Positions 31,755-40,179 of a stretch of DNA of 64,000 nucleotides are shown piece after piece. How positions within the stretch are numbered: the stretch's first letter is position 1; each line of letters opens with the position of its first letter. Below the pieces are notes generated by a model, which saw only the letters and a program-made list of their open reading frames with translations, was not told the DNA's origin and did not search any database. Origin of the DNA: Planctomycetota bacterium (GTDB lineage: Bacteria > Planctomycetota > UBA1135 > UBA2386); assembly GCA_965228735.1 (NCBI GenBank), contig OZ245838.1:4800001-4864000 (forward strand), given 5' to 3'. The position numbers and the translations under genes were made by a program.

Positions 31755-32492
31755 TCAGGCGCCCAAAGCGGCCTGTCGCTGGCGTTGCAGCTCCTCGAAC
31801 AAGCGCGTCATGGTCGCGCTATGAACGATCCTGCAGGCAGTGGCCACGCCGGCAAGCCAGAGCAGCACGTCCAGGGGGTGGAACACGAGCGGGATGGACT
31901 CGAAGCCCCGCTGCATGGACCGGAGCTCCGCTGCCTCGACCTCTGGTCGTTGAACTCGCGGTCCGTCGACCAGCCACTCCGCGTAGTTCGGCTGCTTCTC
32001 GGCGAACGCGCGCAGCTGTCGACCGATCGTGTCGGCGAACTCCGCCGGATCCTCGCAGCGGTAGCCGTGACGACTCGCAAACGTCCGGATCTGAGTTTCG
32101 GACGGAGCGTCACCGAGGTCACGCCAACGGCGCGCGTCGCGCCGGATCGCCATCCATGTTCCCTGTCCAGACCCGGTCGTGACCGTGTCCGGGCCGACGA
32201 CGAAGTCGTAGTAGCGGTGTGCGGCCGACCAGGCGGCCAGTACCACCAACACCGCGGCGAATGCCATGTGCAGACGGCCGTAGCCGCCACCGAGCGAGAT
32301 CGCGTAGCCAACCATGGCTCCGATGCCACACGCGATGACGCCGAGGTGAAGGCCGGTGATCGCGGTGATCCAATACCAGGCCACGGCGCCCGCGGTCGCG
32401 GCCGCTCCGCCCAGGAGCAGAGGGCGGGTGAGCGGCGCGGGTGGCAGCGAGATGCCCATCCCCCGAAGGTCGTTGGCTTCGAACTCGCTCAT
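31755..32492 (-). CDS. Hypothetical membrane protein
   Basis: About four hydrophobic segments. Confidence 0.7.
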   Translation of the reverse strand: MSEFEANDLRGMGISLPPAPLTRPLLLGGAAATAGAVAWYWITAITGLHLGVIACGIGAMVGYAISLGGGYGRLHMAFAAVLVVLAAWSAAHRYYDFVVGPDTVTTGSGQGTWMAIRRDARRWRDLGDAPSETQIRTFASRHGYRCEDPAEFADTIGRQLRAFAEKQPNYAEWLVDGPRVQRPEVEAAELRSMQRGFESIPLVFHPLDVLLWLAGVATACRIVHSATMTRLFEELQRQRQAALGA

Positions 32493-32748
32493 GGCGGCGG
32501 GATTCTAGCGGGGTGCGATCGAGGTCGGTGGAGATCCGCGCGGTTCCCGGTGCAGTGGAAACCACAGACGGGCCAGCGTGTGCGTACCGACGCGCGTGGG
32601 TGTTGCATCGTCGCGTTCGCGATCCGTGACTGTTCCGCGAGGTTCACCAAACCCGTAACGGGGATGGCTCGCGGGTCCGGAGGTCGGTTCGACCCCGGAG
32701 CGTTGTGCTACCGTGCGCGCCCTCCTTTGACCTGACAACGCTCTGCCG

Positions 32749-35376
32749 ATGCTTCGCTGGAACCCGCTCGTTCGCCCCGTCGCCCTGCTCGCTCTGACCA
32801 TGCCAGCGCTCGCCCAGCAGGGTGAGGGCGCCGGCAAGGACACCGATGCCGCGAAGGCCGAGAAGGCCGTCGAATTCACGCTCGAGAACATCTTTCCCGA
32901 CCGGAAGAAGCCGTTGTTCGGTCCCGGGGCCAGGGGCGCGGCGTTCTCGCACGACGGCGCTCATGCCGCCTATCTGTATCGCGGTTACGACGAGCGCCGC
33001 CACGGTAGCGACTTGTGGCTGGTCGACGTCGCGACGGGGGAGCAACGTCGGTTGACGAGCGCTCTGACGTTGTCCGAGTTCCAGGCGTCGGCGCGCAAGG
33101 TCGTCGACGATCGTGTTCGGAAGGCCAAGGCGGCCCAAGAGAAGTCGGAGCAGAAGAAGTCGGAGAAGCAGAGCTCCGAGAAGAAGGCGACGAGCGAAGG
33201 GAAGTCGGAGGAGGAGAAGTCCGACACGAAGGCGAAGGACGGCGAGGCGAAGAAGGGCGGCAACGACAAGGACGACGCCGCGCGGCGGGATGCCGATCGC
33301 AAGAAGTTCGGCAACGTGGTCGACGAGAAGGACGCCACCGCGGAGAAGGCGCCGCGCTACGGCGGCGTCAGTTCGTTCGAGTGGTCGCCGAACGCCGACG
33401 AACTGCTGTTCACCGCGGGCGGCGACATCTACCGCTTCGCCGTCGGCACGGATGGGCCCGAGCGTCTGACGCAGACCAAGGCGAGCGAGCGTGACGTGCA
33501 GTATCTGCCGGACGGCAGCGGCTACACCTACCTGCTCGACGGTGCGCTGATGCAGGTGCGCTTCGGCAGTCACCTGATCGTGCAGCTCGATCCGAAACTG
33601 CCGCCTGGCGAGTCGATGTCGTCGTACCGGATCAGTCCCGACGGCAAGAAGCTGGTGTTCATGGCCGGCAAGGGGTCGTCATGGCGCGGCGGCAGCCGGC
33701 GGGTCAACATCGCGCGCTACCGCGAGCGGTTCATGGAGGTGCGCGAGGTGTCGCGCACGGTCTCGGACGACAAGCTGCCCGAGCGCGAGACGTTCGTCTA
33801 TCTGCACAAGCTCGAGGACGGACTGTTCGAGCGCAACAAGCCGATGCGCGTGTGGACGCACAAGCACACGGGACCGCGCGACATCCTGCGCGTGCCGGAG
33901 TGGGCGCCCGACAGCAGTCGCGTGACGTTCGCGACGTTCGAGCAGAAGAGCTCGCAGGTCATGCTGCTGCAGGCGCTCGTCGAACCGGCCAAGTTGGCTG
34001 ACAAGCAGACCGCGAAGAGTGGCAAGGGCGACAAGAGCAGCGAGAAGGCCAAGGGCGACCAGGCGGATCAGCCGTTCGTCGAGGCCGAGGCGGACGTCGT
34101 CTATCGCTTTCTGCACGACGGCGGTCCCAACACCCCGGGCATGATGCAGCCGCGCTACGGCGCGGACAGTCGCCACATCGTGTTCTTGTCCGAGCAGACG
34201 GGCTTCCGGCACGTGCACTTGCTGGACCCGCTCTATCAGAGTCAGCGGCCGCTGACGCACGGCCGCTTCGAGGTCTATCCGTTCGGCATCGACGAGCAGC
34301 ACCGCCGCCTGCACGTGCTGGCGACCAAGGAGCACCCGACGCGCCAGGACGTCTACACGTTGGACCTCGAGAGCGGTGAGCTGGCCCGGGTCAACAGCGC
34401 GCCCGGGGTCTACTCCAGCGCCGCGATCAGCCCCGACGGCAGCACGGCGCTCGCGACCCACAGCACCTACGGTTCGCAACGCGAGCTCGTGCTCGTCCGG
34501 CAGGGTGGTCGCCACGAGGTGCTGACCGATTCTCATCCGAAGCGCACGGCGAAGCTGACCGAGAGGGCACCCGAGTTCTTCGCTTTCGAGAACCGGCACG
34601 GCCACGAGATCCACGGCTACGTGTTCAAGCCCGACGACTGGACCGACAAAGACAAGCGGCCGCTGCTGCTCTACGTCTACGGCGGTCCGCTCGGCACGCG
34701 CAAGCAGGTCGTCGACGGCAGCTACCAGAGTGCTGGCTACTTCTTCGCCCAGTACATGGCGCGCAAGCACGGCTGGGTGACCTGCACGATCGATCCGCGC
34801 GGCATGTCCGGCTACGGCGGCGTGTTCGAGAAGGCCAACTTCGAGCAGGTCGGCAAGCCGCAGGTCGAGGACCTGACCGACGGCGTCAAGCACATGATCG
34901 CCGAGTACGGCGTCGACCCGAAGAAGGTCGCGATGCACGGCTGGAGCTTCGGCGGCTTCCAGACGCAGATGTGCATGTATTCGGAGCCCGACGTGTTCCA
35001 GGTCGGCATCGCCGGCGCCGGGCCGACGGAATGGGAGAACTACAACGCCTGGTACTCGACCGGCACGATCGGCAATAGCCGCGAGGGCAAGACCGACCTC
35101 GGCAAGTACTCCCTGCTGCCGCTCGCCAAGAACCTGAAGGGCAAACTGCTCCTCGTGCACGGCATGGAGGACAGCAACGTGCTCTACCAGGACACGGTGC
35201 GGGTGTACCGCGAACTGCTCAAAGCGGACAAGGAAACGCTCGTCGAGCTCTTCCTCGATCCGACCGGCGGCCACGGCCTCGGCGGCGACGTGACGACGTT
35301 GCGGCGGTATCGCAAGTACGAGGAGTTCCTCGTGCGCAACCTGGGCAGCGGGTCGCCGAAGAAGTCGACCGATTAG
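32749..35376 (+). CDS. S9-family (DPP IV-like) peptidase
   Basis: Signal peptide; YVYGGP, DPRG, GWSFGG nucleophile, HGMEDSNV, GGHGL. Confidence 0.93.
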   Translation: MLRWNPLVRPVALLALTMPALAQQGEGAGKDTDAAKAEKAVEFTLENIFPDRKKPLFGPGARGAAFSHDGAHAAYLYRGYDERRHGSDLWLVDVATGEQRRLTSALTLSEFQASARKVVDDRVRKAKAAQEKSEQKKSEKQSSEKKATSEGKSEEEKSDTKAKDGEAKKGGNDKDDAARRDADRKKFGNVVDEKDATAEKAPRYGGVSSFEWSPNADELLFTAGGDIYRFAVGTDGPERLTQTKASERDVQYLPDGSGYTYLLDGALMQVRFGSHLIVQLDPKLPPGESMSSYRISPDGKKLVFMAGKGSSWRGGSRRVNIARYRERFMEVREVSRTVSDDKLPERETFVYLHKLEDGLFERNKPMRVWTHKHTGPRDILRVPEWAPDSSRVTFATFEQKSSQVMLLQALVEPAKLADKQTAKSGKGDKSSEKAKGDQADQPFVEAEADVVYRFLHDGGPNTPGMMQPRYGADSRHIVFLSEQTGFRHVHLLDPLYQSQRPLTHGRFEVYPFGIDEQHRRLHVLATKEHPTRQDVYTLDLESGELARVNSAPGVYSSAAISPDGSTALATHSTYGSQRELVLVRQGGRHEVLTDSHPKRTAKLTERAPEFFAFENRHGHEIHGYVFKPDDWTDKDKRPLLLYVYGGPLGTRKQVVDGSYQSAGYFFAQYMARKHGWVTCTIDPRGMSGYGGVFEKANFEQVGKPQVEDLTDGVKHMIAEYGVDPKKVAMHGWSFGGFQTQMCMYSEPDVFQVGIAGAGPTEWENYNAWYSTGTIGNSREGKTDLGKYSLLPLAKNLKGKLLLVHGMEDSNVLYQDTVRVYRELLKADKETLVELFLDPTGGHGLGGDVTTLRRYRKYEEFLVRNLGSGSPKKSTD

Positions 35377-35474
35377 CGGGCCGGATCGGCGCCGCACTGG
35401 CCCGGTTCGGATCGTGGGGTTCCAATCCGATGAATCGGTGAACCTCGCACCGAGCGCGGACGACCAGTGATCAG

Positions 35475-36020
35475 ATGCACGATCTCGGCGCACGACTCGA
35501 ACTCGCGGTGCTGCGGGCGCAGGGCGGCGAGGCCGACGCCTTCGCGGCGCTGGTCCGCGACTGCCACGGCGTGCTGCTGCGGCATGCGCGGCGCTACCTG
35601 AGTGACCCGGGATTGGCCGCCGACGCGGTTCAGGACGCCTGGGTCGCGATCGTGAAGACCCTGCGGAGGCTCGATGATCCGGCGCGCTTTCTCGCCTGGG
35701 CGTTGCGCATCACCGCGCGGCGCGCGATCGATGTCGCGCGGCGCCGCGGCCGCACGGTCGGCGTGACGGTCACGGGCGATATTGACGGAGTCGTGGCTTC
35801 GCCTACCGCCGCCGGCGACGACACCGAACGGCTGCGGGCTGCGGTCGCGCAGCTCGACTTCGACCATCGGGTCGTCGTGGAGCTGTTCTACCTCGAAGAG
35901 CTGTCGCTGCACGCCGTCGCGGAGGCGACCGGCCTGCCGGCCGGCACCGTCAAGTCGCGGCTGCATCACGCGCGCAACCGGCTGCGCGCGACCCTGATGG
36001 AAACTGATGACAAGGAGTGA
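35475..36020 (+). CDS. ECF RNA polymerase sigma factor
   Basis: AADAVQDAW, RFLAWALRI, GTVKSRLHHAR. Confidence 0.92.
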   Translation: MHDLGARLELAVLRAQGGEADAFAALVRDCHGVLLRHARRYLSDPGLAADAVQDAWVAIVKTLRRLDDPARFLAWALRITARRAIDVARRRGRTVGVTVTGDIDGVVASPTAAGDDTERLRAAVAQLDFDHRVVVELFYLEELSLHAVAEATGLPAGTVKSRLHHARNRLRATLMETDDKE

Positions 36021-36023
36021 ACG

Positions 36024-36392
36024 ATGGACCAGTTCGATGACAAGTTGAAGCAGGCGCTGCGCTCCGGGCAGCGCGTCGAGATCGGTGGTGACGAGATCGG
36101 CTCGGTGCGCGGGCTCGTGACCGAGATCTTTCGGTTCCGCAGCAAGATGATCATGGTCGGCGGCATCGCCAAGATCATCGCGTTCTGGGCGATCGCGCTC
36201 GGCGGGTTCGTGATGACGTTCCTGGCCGAGACCGAACGCGGCATGTTCCTGTGGGCGTTCGTCAGCCTGTTCGCGCTGGTCGGGCTCGGCATCCTGTGGC
36301 AGTTCCACTGGGCGCTGCTCAACCGCAACGCGGTGTTGCGCGAGCTCAAGCGCCTCGAGATCGAGGTGAGGCGCGGCGACCGACCGACGTAG
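36024..36392 (+). CDS. Putative two-TM anti-sigma factor (DUF6768-like)
   Basis: AAGGAG RBS; two TM helices; C-terminal NRNAVLRELKRLE. Confidence 0.75.
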   Translation: MDQFDDKLKQALRSGQRVEIGGDEIGSVRGLVTEIFRFRSKMIMVGGIAKIIAFWAIALGGFVMTFLAETERGMFLWAFVSLFALVGLGILWQFHWALLNRNAVLRELKRLEIEVRRGDRPT

Positions 36393-36679
36393 GGGCAACG
36401 GCGACGCTGCCTGCTTTGATGCCGTAGACTGGTGCAACGCCGGGAGTCGCCAGTCGTGCTCTGCTCGTCACGCTCGTCGCCTGCCTGGCCTCCGCGCTCG
36501 CGTGCGCGCAGGAAGGTCGCGGAGTCGTTCTTCGGGATGGCTGTGGACGACGCGGAGCGCACGATCGATCAGGCGCCATCTCACCGTCGTGCAGTGGTGG
36601 CTCCCTGCGATCTTCCGGTTCTTCGACGAGCAGGCGAGGTAGTCGCCGGCCTCGCGAAGGCGAGTCGGGGCCGTTCCGG

Positions 36680-37711
36680 TCAGGTCCGTTCGAGCGTCTT
36701 CCGCACGCGGGGTCGGTCCTCGTACCACTCGGCGATCGACGGTTCGACCTCGCGACCCTCGGTGGCCACCCAGCGCAGGAAGGTCGGGGGGGCGTCGTCG
36801 CGCAGCGTCGGCAGCATCACCCCCGGGTTCGGGAAGCGCTTCTGCAGGTTCTGGTCGCGCTGCCAGAGCACCATGGCCGGTGGGGGCAGCGCGCTGTCGT
36901 TCCCGTTGGGTTGTTTGAGACCGAAGTAGCACGTGCCGGCGGCGATGCGGAGGGCGTCCTCCTGAGTGAAGCACTCGTCGAGCGCGGCGCCGTCGAACTG
37001 TCCGAGCGCCATGATCGCTTCGAGGAACTTGCGGTCGTGGTCGGTCTTCGGTTTGCAGCGTCGCAGCCAGTTCTCGAGGATGACCTTGAGGCCGTGTGAC
37101 GGCATGAGCCACGGCGGCACTTCGACCGTGATGGTCGAGAAGGCGGAGAACAGCAGCTTCATCCCCTCGGCCGAGGAGTGGAAGTAGCTCGCCGGAAAGC
37201 CGTGGAACGGGAACACGAACGAGCAGTCCGCGACCACCTGGCCGCCGGGCTTCAACACGCGCCAGATCTCGCGCGCCGCGGTGTGGGGGTCGGATAGATG
37301 TTCGAACACCGCGCCGGCCAGCACCATGTCGACGGATTCATCGGCGAACGGCAAGAACTGCGCGTCGCCGACCACGTCCACGCGTGGCGTGAAGCGCAGG
37401 TCCGTCAGCACGACCCGCGGATCGTTGGACTCGCGTTCGCCGGAGCCGATGTCGAGCAGGATCTGATCCGAGCCCCAGGCCTCGAGCATCTGGGTGATCG
37501 ACTCGGGATACGCCGAACGGACCTCCAGCTCGCGCTCGTGAACGATCTCGAGATCACGCTCGTGCTTCGGCAGCAGGAACGGCACGTCATCATGCACCGG
37601 GTGATCGAACGCGCAGGTCGCGCAGTGCATCCCGGCCTCGCCGCGTCGCAGGGTTCCGCGGCAGTCGGGGCACGCGAGCAGATCGACCAGGAGAATCTCG
37701 GAGGCTGACAC
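36680..37711 (-). CDS. Trm112-like Zn-knuckle fused class I SAM methyltransferase
   Basis: LLACPDCRG...CATC...DDVPFLL; LLDIGSG; GDAQFLPF; AVFEHL; RVLKPGG. Confidence 0.85.
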   Translation of the reverse strand: MSASEILLVDLLACPDCRGTLRRGEAGMHCATCAFDHPVHDDVPFLLPKHERDLEIVHERELEVRSAYPESITQMLEAWGSDQILLDIGSGERESNDPRVVLTDLRFTPRVDVVGDAQFLPFADESVDMVLAGAVFEHLSDPHTAAREIWRVLKPGGQVVADCSFVFPFHGFPASYFHSSAEGMKLLFSAFSTITVEVPPWLMPSHGLKVILENWLRRCKPKTDHDRKFLEAIMALGQFDGAALDECFTQEDALRIAAGTCYFGLKQPNGNDSALPPPAMVLWQRDQNLQKRFPNPGVMLPTLRDDAPPTFLRWVATEGREVEPSIAEWYEDRPRVRKTLERT

Positions 37712-37840
37712 GGCGCGCCGAGTCTAGGCCCACTCGAGCATGGACGGAACGGGCGATCGGTCGGACCCGCGGCGGTCGTTCAGCGCCGCGACGACGGCAG
37801 CGGCCAGGGCAACACGGCGCGGCCGCGCTAGCTTCTATGC

Positions 37841-38395
37841 ATGAGCAACGAGAGAGCTGCCTGGATCGAGACGATCGACGAAGGATCGGCCCGGGGTGAA
37901 CTTGCCGCGCTGTATGCGAGGTGCCTCGACCCTGGCGCCGACAAGGTCGACCACGTGCTCAAGGTGCATTCCCTGCACCCCGAAGGTCTCGCGGCGCACC
38001 TCGCGGTCTACCGCGCGTCGATGCAGAGCACGAAGGGGCTGCGGAAGGTCGATCGCGAGATGGTGGCGGTCGTCGTTTCCAAGCTCAACGGCTGCCACTA
38101 CTGACTCACCCACCATCGGCGCGGTCTGCGCCGGTTGCTCGGGGACGATGACCTGGCCGTTCGGATCGAAGCAGATTTCGAGGACGCCGGCCTCGATGCG
38201 CGGCGGCTCGCGATGCTGCGCTACGCGGTCAAGCTGACGGTCAGCCCCAGGGCGATGCAGCGCCGCGATGTCGACCGGCTGCGGGCCGTCGGGTTCACCG
38301 ACCGCGACGTGCTGGAGCTCTGCGAAGTCGTCGCGTATTACGCGTATGCCAACCGCATCGCCGATGGGCTCGGTGTCGCGCTCGAAGAGGACTGA
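37841..38395 (+). CDS. AhpD/carboxymuconolactone-decarboxylase-like peroxidase-related enzyme, probable selenoprotein (CxxU; TGA at 38102-38104)
   Basis: REMVAVVVSKLNGCHY-TGA-LTHH continues in frame into LRYAVKLTVSP...GFTDRDV...YANRIADGLG. TGA occupies the second Cys of the AhpD CxxC motif. Confidence 0.88.
38115..38135 (+). promoter_or_regulatory. Putative bacterial SECIS element
   Basis: AT-CGGCGC GGTCT GCGCCG-GT hairpin; loop starts 19 nt after the TGA and begins with G. Confidence 0.65.
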
Positions 38396-38448
38396 ACCGA
38401 TGAAGAAACACCGGTCATGCGCGCGCATCAGCCGCGGGTGTCGGTGCG

Positions 38449-39846
38449 CTAGAGCGCACCGACGACGGTGTTGATGGCGTTGGTGCTCTTGATCGATGTG
38501 AGCACGGTGCCGGTGATCTCGAGCGAGATCATCTGGCCGTTGATTGGCAACGCCGACAGCGTCGGGTCGTTGGGGATCGGGAAGGAGTACGGGGCCTGGC
38601 CGCTCGTGGGAAACAGCAGCTGGACCGCGTCCGTTGTCACGAGCAAGTCGCAACCCGGGCCGGCTGCTGGATCGAACGTGCTGAGCGGAACCGATTGTGT
38701 TCCGAAGCCGAGGATCATCGCGCCGATCGATCCGGTCGCGAAACCCGAACCCGTGACGCTCCAATCGCGGCCGGTCCACGGTAGCGAGTCGGCGACGAGG
38801 CCCATCCCGCCACAGCCCGTGCCGGCCGATGTGGCCGATGCGACGACGGCGGATTGATACTCGTAGGTGTTCGTCGGCACGAGATTCCCCTGACCGCTGA
38901 CCTTGTACGTCTTGCCCAGGGCCGGAACATAGGAGAGGAAGAAGCGGCTGAAGTAGCCCAGGCCAGGACGGATCACCCAGTCGTTCGTGAGGGTGTCGAA
39001 CTCGGAGACGCCGTTGAACTGATTGGCTGGCGTGCCACCGTTGCCCGAGGGCATCACGAGGCGTTGTCGGAGTTCGTCGTACGTTGCGCTGTTGGCGACG
39101 ACGCCTTGCGGGTCGGTCGCGGTCGGGATCAGCGTCCAGTCGGTGCCGTCCCAGCTGTGCACGTCTCGGCGCCACTTGGCCGGCGCGGAGAGCGATGCGT
39201 CCTGGCCGCCGACCAGTAGCACATCGCCAACGTCAGGCCGCGTTACGAGGTGGTGCTGACGACGGGTCGACGGGATGACCGTGGGGGTCGCCTGCACCCA
39301 GGCCGCGCCCCCGAACAGCATCCAGGTGTCGTCGAGGTGGGTGCTGGAACCATCGAGGCCTCCGAACATCACGATACCGGTAGTCGCGGGGTCGTAGGCG
39401 ATCGCCGTGAAGCGGCGCGCCGGTGGACTTGCAGCCGGAGTGACGTTGGTCCACGCGTTGGTGCCCGGGTCCCATTCCCAGAGGTCCGCCAGCACGTTGC
39501 CCGCGGAGTCCTGGCCGCCGAACACGACCAGCTTGCTGCGCGACGGATCCCATGTCACACCCGCCTGATGGCGTGCCGGCGGCGAACCGGCCGCTCCATC
39601 CGCAGTCATCTGAGTCCAGGAAGCGCCGTCGAAACGCCAAAGGTCGTTCATCCGCGAACCGCCCGAGTTGCCGGACGTTCCGCCGAAGACGTACATGTGA
39701 GTGCCGTCGGTCGTGCTGGCGTTCTCGCGGCGCAGCGGTGGTTCGGTGCCGCCAGTCGTCACCTGTGACCAGTCCGGGCCGGGGGCCTGGGCTATCGCGG
39801 TGGCGGTGAGCAACGGGAGCAGGGAAGAGGGGATCGCACGTCGCAT
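38449..39846 (-). CDS. Secreted Kelch-repeat protein
   Basis: Signal peptide ending AIAQ; VFGG...DLWRFDG repeats; shared C-terminal domain. Confidence 0.9.
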   Translation of the reverse strand: MRRAIPSSLLPLLTATAIAQAPGPDWSQVTTGGTEPPLRRENASTTDGTHMYVFGGTSGNSGGSRMNDLWRFDGASWTQMTADGAAGSPPARHQAGVTWDPSRSKLVVFGGQDSAGNVLADLWEWDPGTNAWTNVTPAASPPARRFTAIAYDPATTGIVMFGGLDGSSTHLDDTWMLFGGAAWVQATPTVIPSTRRQHHLVTRPDVGDVLLVGGQDASLSAPAKWRRDVHSWDGTDWTLIPTATDPQGVVANSATYDELRQRLVMPSGNGGTPANQFNGVSEFDTLTNDWVIRPGLGYFSRFFLSYVPALGKTYKVSGQGNLVPTNTYEYQSAVVASATSAGTGCGGMGLVADSLPWTGRDWSVTGSGFATGSIGAMILGFGTQSVPLSTFDPAAGPGCDLLVTTDAVQLLFPTSGQAPYSFPIPNDPTLSALPINGQMISLEITGTVLTSIKSTNAINTVVGAL

Positions 39847-40179
39847 CGGTCGTTCGAGTGGGGTTGAGATCGTCGAGATCGGAAAGAGTCGGCAGCGGGC
39901 TATGGTCGCTGCTCAGCGGAGGAGCGGCGTGTGGGTTGTCGACCGCCGAGGGAGAGACCTGGGGCCGGGTCGACCGCTGCAAGAAATCGCGCGGTGCTGG
40001 CCGGTCGCGGGTTTGCGCTGAACCGACTCGCGGGCTGGATCGGCTGGCTGCGTGCGGCCTTACGACTTCGACTTCCGTGCGTAGTGGTCGGGGAATCGCG
40101 ACATTCTTGCAGCGCCGCACGAGTCCCAGAGTCTCTTCGATTGGCCGGCTACACTGGATCCGGTTGGACCGCAATACCG

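Noticed and set aside
33120..33290. Lys/Glu/Ser-rich low-complexity repeat
   Set aside because: Disordered linker within the S9 peptidase, not a separate element.
36018..36026. TGA read-through between sigma and anti-sigma
   Set aside because: In frame, but the second gene has its own AAGGAG RBS and there is no redox motif.
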